A DNA stretch of 64,000 nucleotides from Myxococcota bacterium (lineage in GTDB: Bacteria; Myxococcota_A; UBA796; SXON01). The notes below the pieces were generated by a model. That model was given only the letters and a program-made list of their open reading frames with translations, made no database searches and was not told where the DNA came from. Below, piece after piece: positions 1 through 11,300 of this stretch. Each line of letters starts with the position of its first letter. Position 1 is the first letter of the stretch. The translations under genes and the position numbers were made by a program. The stretch covers positions 1-64,000 of the forward strand of contig JAZKFH010000011.1 in the NCBI GenBank assembly GCA_040386535.1. The letters are read 5' to 3'.

Positions 1-982
1 TACCGGTGGGCAGGACTGGGATTGGAGTGGGTGGAATTGATGGGACGGGACACGGCGCCTGCGCGCGCGCGTCGGCCACGGTGGGGAGGGGCCCTAGCAG
101 CGCGTCTTCCGAGGTCGTGGGGCCCGTCCGCGGCGCGGCCTGCGCGGCGGTCGCGTCGCGCAACGTGGGCGGCCCACCGGCGTAGGTGCTTGTGTTCGTG
201 GCGCGGGCCTCCGACCGCCCGCTCGCGGTCCCTTCTGAGGGGGCCGGGGCATCCGCGGCCCCAGTCGACCCGGCTGTCTCCGCCGCGTGCCCCGCGGTCC
301 CCGTCTCCTCCGATGGCGTCTCGGGACCCCGCTCGAGCACGGCGCCGATCTCCCGCTCCGCGGCGTAGGCCTCGCGCTCCGTCGAGTCCGTGGGGCTCGA
401 CACCCCGTGTTTCCCCGAGAGCCTGCCCTCGTCGTCCTGTTTGACGTGCGTAAGCTCATGGACGAGGAGGCGGTCCCCCGTGCGGGTCCCCGGGGCGAAC
501 TGCCCCTGACCGAAGTAGATGTCGCTCCCGACGGTGAAAGCGTAGGCGTCGATCGCGGCGGCGGCGTGCGCAGCAGGGGCATCCGAATGGATGCGAACGT
601 GCTCGAAGTCGTGCCCGAACGCGGCCTCCATGCGCGCCCGCACGCCGTCCGGGAGCGCGTTGCCGGTGCCCGCCGGGAGGTGGAACCCGCCGCCGCCGCT
701 CGCCCGCACCTGCCGGAGGATCGCCAACATCACGGAGTTCGGCGCCTCGCCCGGCACGGTCGGCGCGATCCCCGCCGCCTGCCCCATCACCGCGGCGCGC
801 ACGACGGGCCCGAACCCGCCCACCTGCGCCCCGGCGAGCGCGGCGCGGACCACCGAGTTCCCGACCGAGCGCTGTAGGGCCGCGACGGCGCTCGGCGTCT
901 CCGAGGCCGACGGGACGGCGCTGGCGCGCCGGAGGGCCTCCGCGACGCGTGTTTTTACTTGCCGCGCGAGTGTCGTGCCCAT
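1..982 (-). CDS. DUF4157 (eCIS core domain) protein, N-terminal part; runs off the left window edge
   Basis: Absent from the ORF track because there is no stop in the window. Manual translation from ATG 982: MGTTLARQVKTRVAEALRR...LQRSVGN...GNALPDGVRARMEAAFGHDFEHVRIHSD...AIDAYAFTVGSDIYFGQGQFAPGTRTGDRLLVHELTHVKQ, a typical DUF4157 with HExxH. The frame is open to position 1. Confidence 0.92.
   Translation of the reverse strand, partial: MGTTLARQVKTRVAEALRRASAVPSASETPSAVAALQRSVGNSVVRAALAGAQVGGFGPVVRAAVMGQAAGIAPTVPGEAPNSVMLAILRQVRASGGGGFHLPAGTGNALPDGVRARMEAAFGHDFEHVRIHSDAPAAHAAAAIDAYAFTVGSDIYFGQGQFAPGTRTGDRLLVHELTHVKQDDEGRLSGKHGVSSPTDSTEREAYAAEREIGAVLERGPETPSEETGTAGHAAETAGSTGAADAPAPSEGTASGRSEARATNTSTYAGGPPTLRDATAAQAAPRTGPTTSEDALLGPLPTVADARAQAPCPVPSIPPTPIPVLPTG
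679..952. repeat. Direct repeat copy 1 (~274 bp; pairs with 5903-6176)
   Basis: Manual alignment gives about 19 mismatches in 274 nt with no gaps; encodes the N-terminus of the DUF4157 protein. Confidence 0.92.
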
Positions 983-1318
983 TGGTCATCCCGACGGCTG
1001 CGTCAGGATAGCGACTCTACTATATGTGATCAACAAGCACCATCAGCGGCTTGTATTTTCGCAGGCGGGATGGACGGACGCGTGGCGCCTCCCTCGCCCG
1101 TGCGGCCGCGCGGTGCGGTCGGCCGCGGCCTCGTTCGGCATGACTGCGAGGGCCATTGATCTGTCACCGCGGCGCCGTGAGGCTCCGCCACCCAGAGCGC
1201 CTCTCAGAAGGGAACGAGGGGGCCAGCCGGAGGCGAGCACCCGCGCGTATTCACGGGCGGTCTGCTCGTGGTCCACCGTTCCGAGCCGCGGCATGCCGTC
1301 CCAGACGGGACAGGGCGG

Positions 1319-1690
1319 CTACCGACCCCACGCCCGACCGCACCCGCGTCGGGGGCATTTCCCCGCGCCACCAAGGCCGCCGACCGCGTCGAGCAGGGTG
1401 CGGGCATCCGGGCCCACACGAACCCGCACGCCGCCGAGGGACGTGCCGAAGCCCGCCTCGAGCGCCGCCTGGTGTGGGAGGGATGCGGCCGCACCGAGGT
1501 GGGTCATGTCCTCGGCCTCGAGCCCCTCCGTTGTCGTCCGCGATCGCTTCCTGGCAGGACGCTTCGCGTCGGCCGCAGCCCCGCGTTCCCCGGCACGTTC
1601 GGGGCCGCCCGCGGCGCTGGCGCACGCGCTCATCCGGTGCCCTTCCACGAGCTTCCTGCCTGCGCTCTCGGCCCTGACCGCCCCATACAC
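1319..1690 (-). pseudogene. Probable degenerate DUF4157 gene fragment
   Basis: LPHQAALEAGFGTSLGGVRVRVGPDARTLLDAVG resembles the start of a DUF4157 domain, but the frame ends before any HExxH. Confidence 0.45.
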
Positions 1691-1967
1691 AACTCGCGCG
1701 ACGGCCGCAGGATGGGTGCAGCGTCGGTGAAGGTCAAGCGCTCCGATCCCCGCCTCGTCGGCAGTTGCATGCGTACGAGCAGCGTCATCCGCAGCAATGT
1801 TTCACGCGATGGCCCCGGCGCGGAGCGTCGGCAGAGAACGGTGGTGAGAGCGCGTGCCCGTGCACCGTGGTTCCGGACGCCCGGGAGAACATGGCCGCTC
1901 TGTTGAGGTTCGAATCATCGGGGTGAGCACGGCATTAATTGAATAGTGGCGCCTTCTCGAGCCGACG

Positions 1968-2876
1968 GTGCCAGGAACGAGCTACCTGATCCGATGCATG
2001 ATACTTGATCCGATGCCAGCAGCACACCTGTACTCGGGACTCGTCTGGGAGGACGCCACGGAAGGTTGCGCTGCGTACCTTGCCGAAAAGGACGCCCACA
2101 CCGCTGTGCTCTTCGTCCACGGCTTCTACGGCCACCCCACCAAAACCTGGGGTGACTTCGTGGCCGCCGCAGACAACGATGGTCGGTTCGACGCCGCTGA
2201 CCTCTTCTTCTGGGGCTACTCCTCCCGAAGTGAGGTGGGTCAAACCGCCAACCGCTTGCACCGGCTGCTGGCCCGGCTCGCCGAAGGTGATCCCAGCCTG
2301 GAATGCGGTCCACCAGTAGAGCATCATCTCCTCCGCGCCCTGAACCGGCAGCCAGGGCGGCCGTATGGAAGGGTCGTTCTGGCCGCCCACTCGCTGGGTG
2401 GTCTGGTTGCGCGGAAGGTACTGCTCCATGCTGCAACTCTGAATCCCCCGCCCGATTGGATGCAGCGGGTTCGGATGACGCTATTTGCGCCGGCCCAGTG
2501 CGGCTCTGTCAATCTCGCCAACGTGACGAAGCTCACCGAGAGCTGGTGGGCCCTCGTCCCGGTGCTGCGTGATGTGGTCAGCCCTCCTCTGCGAGCCCTC
2601 GCCGCCGGGAGTCCTGAGTTGCTGCAACTCCGGGCCGACGTGAGGGCTGCGGTGGGTGCCCGCAAGGCCGGAGCGCTGCCGGCGGAGCCGTTGGTACCGA
2701 GTCGCTTGGTTTGGGGCAAGGAGGACGCCGTCGTGGTGAACGACGTCTTGGATGGGGACCCCGTAGCAATAGAAGAGGACCCCGCCAACGGAAACGGCTT
2801 CCTCAACCACGGGGCCGTGTGTAAGCCCGGCGGCATCTACCTCAACGCCCTGGAGCACGTGTATGCCGCCTTCTGA
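1968..2876 (+). CDS. Alpha/beta-fold hydrolase (esterase/lipase-like); start may be ATG 1998 or 2013
   Basis: VLFVHGFYG oxyanion motif, AHSLGG nucleophile elbow, late Asp (EDAVV) and His (NHGAVCKP). Confidence 0.85.
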   Translation: MPGTSYLIRCMILDPMPAAHLYSGLVWEDATEGCAAYLAEKDAHTAVLFVHGFYGHPTKTWGDFVAAADNDGRFDAADLFFWGYSSRSEVGQTANRLHRLLARLAEGDPSLECGPPVEHHLLRALNRQPGRPYGRVVLAAHSLGGLVARKVLLHAATLNPPPDWMQRVRMTLFAPAQCGSVNLANVTKLTESWWALVPVLRDVVSPPLRALAAGSPELLQLRADVRAAVGARKAGALPAEPLVPSRLVWGKEDAVVVNDVLDGDPVAIEEDPANGNGFLNHGAVCKPGGIYLNALEHVYAAF

Positions 2877-4071
2877 GGCAGCCATCGTTGCTGCGTTTCG
2901 CTCTAGGTTCCTCCCGGAGCGTCTTGTGGAGCCAACGATAGCGGAGTGGCGGACTCGCCAGTGCGCCGGGACCCTCGACCGGGACCTTCGCCACCATCGG
3001 GACGGACCGGTCCAGGACACGAGTCTCGTTAACTTTCGGGCACGCATTGATCTCGTCCTGGGCGGACTAGAATTAGGGTGGGTGGGTGTCGTCGCGCGGG
3101 CGATACCCCTTTCGGCATTAAAGGACTTCGTCGACTTTCTCAACGAACCATCAACTCTCGCGTACTACAGCACGCGCTACCCAGTTCCGCTGCCCCCGCG
3201 CCTCCGTGACGCCCTCGCGGACCTCAGCGGACTCCCTGTGGTGCCCCTCCCGCTCGCCCTCAACCCTGCTCTGGAGGAGTTTTTTTCGCTGTCGCAACGG
3301 GTGCGTACGGACGAGGACGTGGGGGTCTTCCTCGACATGGTGGACGACATATTCCTGGACGATGTGGGGTGGCCAGCGCTCCGGCAAGTCTTGGACTCGG
3401 CGGCCAAGGGCGTGGACTGCGACGGACCCCGCCCGATCGAGGCGCTGATGTTCGAGCGGGAGGGCGAGGAGACAACTCTCGGCTGCGCGCTCCGCGGTGC
3501 AGTGACGTATCTCGGCATCCTCCGTGAACTCGATAGCCTACTTGAGAACGCGCGAATGGCGGATCCAATATTGGCGGAGGCGATGTGGGGCCAACACGCA
3601 TATTGGCTGAAGCAACTTCAGGGGAAAACAGACTTGGTGTCGTTCGCGAACGCCCTTGCCCCGACCATTGGGTGGGTAGAGCTTCTTGCGCGACTCGCCG
3701 CGGACCCGCGCTTGACCCATGAGCGTCGAACGCGGCAGCGGACGAGCCCGAGTGTGCTGGAGATCCGGGGCCTCAAGCTACAAGAGGCACACGACTGGAA
3801 AAAGCGGCTACCCCCGGAGGCCCGCGCCGCGCTGCGCCCGGGCGCGGCTACGGGCAGCGCCAGGACATTCGGGCAACCTTCTGCGCTTGTTCTCACCCTA
3901 ACCCTCGTGCCTCCCGCGATCGACGCCCTGGTCGACATTTGCGCGGGGAAGGAGATTGAGCTTGAGATCTTTCGCCACGGCCCCCATCCCGGGCCCTCCT
4001 CGGTCCGGTACCAAGGAGACCATCCTGCCACGCCGGAGAACGTCCGTGCGTTCCTCGACGATCTCGAATAG
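2863..4071 (+). CDS. Hypothetical protein, possibly two domains
   Basis: 402-aa ORF with natural composition, overlapping the upstream gene by 14 nt; lower GC. Confidence 0.75.
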   Translation: MPPSEAAIVAAFRSRFLPERLVEPTIAEWRTRQCAGTLDRDLRHHRDGPVQDTSLVNFRARIDLVLGGLELGWVGVVARAIPLSALKDFVDFLNEPSTLAYYSTRYPVPLPPRLRDALADLSGLPVVPLPLALNPALEEFFSLSQRVRTDEDVGVFLDMVDDIFLDDVGWPALRQVLDSAAKGVDCDGPRPIEALMFEREGEETTLGCALRGAVTYLGILRELDSLLENARMADPILAEAMWGQHAYWLKQLQGKTDLVSFANALAPTIGWVELLARLAADPRLTHERRTRQRTSPSVLEIRGLKLQEAHDWKKRLPPEARAALRPGAATGSARTFGQPSALVLTLTLVPPAIDALVDICAGKEIELEIFRHGPHPGPSSVRYQGDHPATPENVRAFLDDLE

Positions 4072-4082
4072 CCTGGACTGAC

Positions 4083-5708
4083 ATGGCACCGAGCGCCTGG
4101 ACAGACCTCATTGCGAATCGGGTAACTATTCCGACACTCACCGAGGAGGTGGCTCGGGAGATTCTCATGTGGCGTCGGATACCGGACGAGGTGCTGCATT
4201 CTTGGCTCCACGAGGGGCAGCACCATCTCAGCTTCAGCTCCTACGTGATTGGTGCGGCGGTCGGTCGGGCGACCCGAGCCCTTGAACGGGTCCGCCACGG
4301 GGGGCAGGGTATCGCTGGTAGCAGGGACACTTTTCTCCCCGTCATGTTGGACGTGGCGGCGCTCGAGATCGCAACCATGGCACTCCGGCCGTTGAGTGAG
4401 GGACTCGCACTCTTCGCTGAGCATCATTTGTATCTTGGTCCGGGGGACCTCTCCACCAGCCTGACTCTGCTTCTTCTCCAGTTGGAGTTTCTTCGGTCGG
4501 AGTCTGGCTCGGGGCGGTCCCCAGCGGACACGCTCCGGGCGCGGGTTGAATCCGCAAATGCGGGGATGCGAAGGGCGCGGCTATCCGAGCGCGCGATCGA
4601 GGAAGCAACGGGGTTGATGTTTCGACCACTCGACCTTAGTGATGGCGGGTATTTGCCAGGGTACCTGTGGTTGCTTGCGGCGAGACGGAGACTCATCGAC
4701 TGCGGTGTGACCGCAGCGGCCGACCCGGAGACATTTCTCCACGTAGTTCGGGAGTACTTCTTCTCGGATTATGGAATGGTTGACGCGCTCACGCAGCCCG
4801 TCGCATCGCCGCTTGAACTCGCGGACAGGGTGGTTGACCATCTTACTGCTCGGCTCGCGAGCTTCCCCGAGACTACCCAAGCTGACTGGGAGGTAGCCGT
4901 GGTAGAGCTCCTCTCAAAGAAGGACGCCTTTTTCCAACCCTTCGGATCTCAGGCGCACCTTGGGGTTTCGTCGGCGGTTCAGGCGAGGGCCGAGGCAGCA
5001 TTGAATTCTCTCGACGCCGCGCTAAAGGGTTCCGATGCCATGCTCCTGTCCTTCCTGCTTCGGCAGGTGTTCGTGGGCGGCAGCATGGCCGTAGGCTGCT
5101 CGAACATGGGTGCTGATATGGTAGTGAGCATCGGTTCCATCGGTACCATTAAGTGCAGACCGCTCGATACGGCAACCCCCTGCGTCGGCGCCGGGTCCCT
5201 GACCCTGTACGTGCTCTATGGCTCCGGCAACCATGGGGCCCTGTACGCTGCGATCAAGGTCCGTGGCGAGCTCCAAGCAGTCCTGAACCTCGCGACAGCG
5301 GGGAGCGTGCCAGAAGAAGTACTAAACCTGATTGCTTGTCACGCCCTCGTCGGCGCCACCGACTCTGGGCTCACGACCTTCGTCGAGGGCATCAACAAAC
5401 TACTTTCGGAGGTGCCGGAGTATTCGAATGCCATCGGTAGTGAGCTTGCCGCGCGCGTCGTCGCGGCACACCTTAACTCGCCGGTATTGGCGACGTTTCA
5501 GTTGAGCGGCGCGAATCTCGAGCAGCCGTTTGACCATCTCCCACTGGACCTACTCAGTGGCGCAACATTGGTCGGGCTCTGTCGGTCGGCGGGCCTTGCA
5601 GGGGCGGAGATTGGCGCGCGACTTCGGGCGCTGAATCTCCCGCCGCTGGAGGAAGTTGACGCGCGAGCCTCAGAGCACGGTCTGCTCCGACTGATCACCC
5701 TCGAGTAG
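4083..5708 (+). CDS. Hypothetical protein with N-terminal gluzincin-like Zn-metallopeptidase motif
   Basis: WLHEGQHH (HExxH) followed ~60 aa later by LSEGLALFAE; GGA RBS, 11 nt after the previous stop. Confidence 0.75.
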   Translation: MAPSAWTDLIANRVTIPTLTEEVAREILMWRRIPDEVLHSWLHEGQHHLSFSSYVIGAAVGRATRALERVRHGGQGIAGSRDTFLPVMLDVAALEIATMALRPLSEGLALFAEHHLYLGPGDLSTSLTLLLLQLEFLRSESGSGRSPADTLRARVESANAGMRRARLSERAIEEATGLMFRPLDLSDGGYLPGYLWLLAARRRLIDCGVTAAADPETFLHVVREYFFSDYGMVDALTQPVASPLELADRVVDHLTARLASFPETTQADWEVAVVELLSKKDAFFQPFGSQAHLGVSSAVQARAEAALNSLDAALKGSDAMLLSFLLRQVFVGGSMAVGCSNMGADMVVSIGSIGTIKCRPLDTATPCVGAGSLTLYVLYGSGNHGALYAAIKVRGELQAVLNLATAGSVPEEVLNLIACHALVGATDSGLTTFVEGINKLLSEVPEYSNAIGSELAARVVAAHLNSPVLATFQLSGANLEQPFDHLPLDLLSGATLVGLCRSAGLAGAEIGARLRALNLPPLEEVDARASEHGLLRLITLE

Positions 5709-5819
5709 TCTCCGAGTGCGCTACCGTTCCCCTGCTGGAGGATAGGAGACATCACCCGCTGTAGGCTCCCACCCAGCGGGAGCACGCAGCCGACGGAGGA
5801 GGCGGAGCCCGTGGAGAAG

Positions 5820-5909
5820 CCGGCGCCCCCGTTGAAGCCGGCGCCCATCGCGACGCCGGCGCCCGTCGCGAAGGTGCCGCCCGTCGCGAAGGCGGCGCCC
5901 CCGGTGGAA
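5820..5909. repeat. Degenerate 18-nt tandem repeat, ~5 units (ccggcgcccgtcgcgaag-like)
   Basis: Units read PAPPLK/PAPIAT/PAPVAK/VPPVAK/AAPPVE on the + strand and abut repeat copy 2. Confidence 0.6.
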
Positions 5910-6176
5910 CCCCCCGCCGCCGCTCGTCCGCGCCTGCCGGAGGATCGCCAACATCGCTGAATTCGGCGCCTCCCTCGCAACGATCGGCGCGATCCCCGCC
6001 GCCTGCCCCATCACCGCGGCGCGCACGACGGGCCCGAACCCGTCCACCTGCGCCCCGGCGAGCGCGGCGCGGATCACGGAGTTCCCGACCGAGCGCTGTA
6101 GGGTCGCGACGGCGCTCGGGGCCTCCGAGGCCGACGGGACGGCGCTGGCGCGCCGGAGGGCCTCCGTGACGCGCGT
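5903..6176 (-). pseudogene. Truncated duplicate of the DUF4157 gene 5' region (direct repeat copy 2)
   Basis: Encodes RVTEALRRASAVPS...LQRSVGNSVIRAAL...MLAILRQARTSGGGGFH, then diverges; lacks its own start codon and the DUF4157 domain. Confidence 0.8.
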
Positions 6177-6235
6177 GGCGCGCGAGGCGGAGCGTCGCCC
6201 GAGCCCCGCGCGGAGCTCGAGCGACGCCGTTAAGC

Positions 6236-7369
<1,134 letters not shown>

Positions 7370-7543
7370 TCAGGACCTCCTGACCCACTGTGTCCGACGC
7401 CCTGCCGCCGCAGAATCGGTATGATCCTTACAAGATCGTTCAGCTGAGCCGAACAGTCGTACCGGCGTGACGCGGGTGGGCGTCGGAATTGCATCGGGCC
7501 TCGTGCGGCATGGAATCTTCCGTCCCAATCGAGCCGGGTGTTG

Positions 7544-8185
7544 CTACGCGAGGCGCACGGTAGTCCCGAGATGGCCGTCCGCGACCCGATACCGCCCGGT
7601 GAACGTCGCGCCGGATGGGTAGGGCGGAGCGTGGCGGAGGAGCGTGACGCGAAACGTGCTATCGCCAGCGAGCAGCAGCGTCACGTCGCTGAAGTCGAGA
7701 TAGTGTCGGACGCGGGGGTACACCGCCTTGTAGAAGGCTTCTTTCCCCGAGAAGACGAGACGGTCGGCGACATGTGCCAAGGCGGGGGGGAGCGCCGCGA
7801 ACGCGGCGTGCTCGCGTGGGGAAACGACCAGAAGGGCGACGCCCTCCGGCAAGGGTTCGGCGGGCTCGACATCGATCCCGATGCTGCCGCCGACGTTGGT
7901 GACCGCGACCGCGCACCGGGTCGCGCAGTGGGTGATCGACCCGACCACACCGTCGGGCCAGAGCGGGGCTCCGGCGGCGTCGTTGAGGAGCGGGCCAGGC
8001 CGGACCCCCAATCGTCCGAGGAGGGCCCGCGCGAGCAGGCGACCCGCGGCGTGCTCGCGGCGGCGCTTGTCGACGGCCCCTTCGACGGCAGCCTGCTCCG
8101 CGGAGTGGAGCGTGGCGGGGTCGGCGTCCCGAGGATCCATCTCGGCCACCAGCACGGCGTCGGGGAGGATTGGACGGAGGAGCAT
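7544..8185 (-). CDS. 4'-phosphopantetheinyl transferase (EntD/Npt type)
   Basis: KRRREHAAGR, PLWPDGVVGSITH, IGIDVE and FSGKEAFYKA motifs; divergent from the NRPS operon. Confidence 0.95.
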   Translation of the reverse strand: MLLRPILPDAVLVAEMDPRDADPATLHSAEQAAVEGAVDKRRREHAAGRLLARALLGRLGVRPGPLLNDAAGAPLWPDGVVGSITHCATRCAVAVTNVGGSIGIDVEPAEPLPEGVALLVVSPREHAAFAALPPALAHVADRLVFSGKEAFYKAVYPRVRHYLDFSDVTLLLAGDSTFRVTLLRHAPPYPSGATFTGRYRVADGHLGTTVRLA

Positions 8186-8399
8186 TGGGGGCCGGCCGCG
8201 TCACACACGCGGGAGGAGGTGCCAACGGGAGCGACGGGGGCGGGTGTGTTCGGGCCGTAGTCGGTCCACGTCGCGCCCGCCACGAGCACCAGGGCGGAGG
8301 GTGGGGGCGCGACGGGACAACGTGCCGGCGGCCACGCTCGTCGGCGCCGTTCCCTTGGCGTGCTTGCTCGTTCGGAGCCGCCCAGCCATACTAAAGCGC

Positions 8400-11300
8400 A
8401 TGTCGTTCGAGGGCACCCTCCCGACGCTCGTGGAGCTCGTGCGGGCGAGGGCCAGACACGATCCGCATCGGGTGGTGCTCGTCCCGCTCGTCGATGGCGA
8501 GACGGCCGGCGAGCCCCTCACCTACCAGCAGCTCGACCGGTGCGCGAGCGCCGTCGCCGCCGACCTGGCGCAGCGCTGCCCTCCGGGCTCGCGGGCGCTC
8601 CTCGTCCACCGGAACGGCAGCGACTTCATCATCGCGCTGTTCGCCTGCTTCTATGCCGATGTGATCGCCGTTCCCGCCTACCCGCCCCGCGCCCGGCACG
8701 CGCGTGCACGGCTGAACGCAATCATCAAGGACGCTGAGCCCGCGGTCGTCCTCACGGACGTACCGGCAGACGTGGCGGACCTCCCCCTCCGCCCGGTCGG
8801 TCGGAGTCGAGCGAGCCCACCCTCCGATTCCGACGCGCCGGCCTTGCTCCAGTACACCTCCGGCTCCACTGCCCAACCGAAGGGCGTCTGCGTGACACAC
8901 CGGAACCTGGTCCACAACCAGGCGGCCATCGCGCGTGCGTTCGGACACGACGAAGCGTCGAGCATCGTGAGCTGGCTGCCGGTCTACCACGACATGGGGC
9001 TGAGCAACCTGCTGCAGGCCGTGTACGTCGGGATCCCGTGCTTCCTGATGGCGCCGGCCCACTTTCTCCAGCGGCCCGCGCGTTGGCTGGAGGCGATCGC
9101 GCGGCATCGGGCGACCACCAGCGGAGGGCCCGACTTCGCGTACGAGCTGTGTTCGCGGCGGATCACCCCGGAGCAGCGTCGGCGCCTCGATCTGGGATGC
9201 TGGCGCGTCGCTTACGACGGGTCCGAGCCCGTTCGTGCCCAGACCCTGCAACACTTCGTGGAGACCTTCGGCCCCCAGGGGTTCCGCGCGTCCGCGTTTC
9301 GCCCGTGCTACGGCCTCGCCGAGGCCACGTTGTTGGTCGCCGCGGGCGCCCCGGATTGTGTGGCGCGGATCGAGCGCTTCGAAACCCTGGCGCTGACCGA
9401 GCATCGCGCGGTGGTGGCGGCGCCGGGGCTCGGGCAGGCGCTCGTGAGCTGCGGAAGCGCGCGCGAATGTGAGGTGATCATCGCGGACCCCGACGGCGGG
9501 CGGGCGCTGCCGACCGGGCGCGTCGGGGAGATCTGGGTCCAGGGGCCGAGCGTCGCGGCCGGCTACTGGCAGCGGCCCGAAGAGACGGCGACGGCGTTCG
9601 GCGCCCGCGTGCCTGGACACCCAGGAACCTTCTTGCGAACGGGGGACCTCGGCTTCGTGACCGATGGGGAGCTCTACGTCGCCGGGCGCCTCAAGGATCT
9701 GATCGTCGCTCGCGGCCAGAACCACCACCCGGCGGACATCGAGCGCACCGCGCAGGACACGGACCCGTCGTTGCCCGTGGGTGGGGGCGCGGCGTTCGGG
9801 CTCGACGTGGCCGGCGAGGAGCGTGTCGTCGTGGTGCACGAGGTGGGGCGCGCCACCCTCGACGCCACGGCGCTGACCGGCATCATCCGCCGGCGCATCC
9901 TCGAGGAGCACGGGCTCCAGGTGGCCGCGGTGGTGCTCATCCGACCCGGCACCTTGCCCCGGACGACCAGCGGCAAAGTGCGCCGCGCCGCCTGCCGCGA
10001 CCAATTCGTCGCGGGGACGCTCGTGGTCGTTTCGGAGTGGCGCCCGCCCTCCGAGTCCGTGGCGCCCGACAGCCACCCGCCAGCGCCGACGCCCGACGAG
10101 GTCCTGGATTGGTTCGCCACGACACTCGCCGATCGGCTGGGCGTCCCCGCGGAGACGCTGGATGTGGACCAGCCGCTCGGGCGGTACGCCGTCGACTCCC
10201 TCGCCGCGCTGGATCTCGCCCACCGCGTCACGACCCGCTTCGGGGTGGTGCTCCCGATCGCCACGATTTTCGACCAGTCCAGCATCTCGTCGCTCGCCGC
10301 CGCGGTGTGCCTGACGCTAGAAGCCGCGCCCCCTCGGCCCGATCCAGCGCTCGTGGCACCACCGGTCCACGCCGACGGGGTGCTCACGCGCGGCCAGCGC
10401 GCCATCTGGATCCAGGAGCAGCTGGGAGCGGCCCGCACCGCCAACCTCGTCGCCCGCGCGGCCCGCATCCACGGGCCGCTGGATCCGGAGGCCCTTCGGC
10501 GTGCGTTGCGTCGGCTGGTCGCGCGGCACCCGGCGCTCAGGACCACGTTCGAGGTGGGACCGGACGGTCCCGTGTCACGGACCCATCCGCATCTGACGCT
10601 CGATCTGAAGCTGGACTACGACGCGGGCCCCATCGCCGAGCGCCTGCGCGATCTGGCGCGGCGCCCGTTCGATCTGCAGCAAGGCCCGCTCTTGCGTGTG
10701 CACATGCTTCACGACGAATCTGCCGCCGGCCGCGGAAGCTGGGTCCTGCTCCTGGTCGTCCACCACATCGTGGTGGACTTCTGGTCGTTCGAGGTCATCG
10801 TGGCGGATCTCGCGGCGCTGTACGCGTCAGAACACCGGGGCGCCCCCGCGGTGCTGCGGCCGCCGGGCGCCTGCGCGGCCACCCTCCCTCTCTCCGCTGG
10901 CGAGGCCTCGGCGAAGTATTGGGAGGAGCGGCTCGCGGGGGCGCCGCACGCGAGCGCTCCGCCCGCAGACCTGCTCGCGCCGCGCACGCGCACGCACCAC
11001 GCGGAAGCGGTCCCCCTCGTGCTGGACGAGGCGTTGACCCGACAGTTGGACGTGTTCGCGGCGACGGAGCGGGCCACGCCCTACATGATCCTGCTCGCCT
11101 CGTTGGCCGTGGTGCTCCACCACAACAGCGGCGCGGAGGACGTTGTCGTGGGATCTCCCACGGTCGCGCGTTCCGGGGCCGCGCTCGGGGGCGTCGTCGG
11201 CTGCTTCCTCGACGCGGTCGCGATCCGCGGAGATCTCGCCGGCGATCCATCCTTTCGGCGCGTGGTCCAACGGGTCCGGGAGGCGGTGGTGGGCGCGCTC

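Noticed and set aside
22..1906. Multiple plus-strand ORFs in the first 1.9 kb
   Set aside because: Antisense to the DUF4157 gene or remnant; no recognisable motifs.
1860..1935. GGTTCGAATC T-loop-like motif at 1907-1916, possible tRNA
   Set aside because: The flanks do not form a T-stem or acceptor stem, and there is no CCA end.
7881..8399. N-terminal extension of the first NRPS ORF (likewise 12911-13594, 17416-18135, 37920-38084)
   Set aside because: These overlap other real genes; domain homology and coupled starts begin later.
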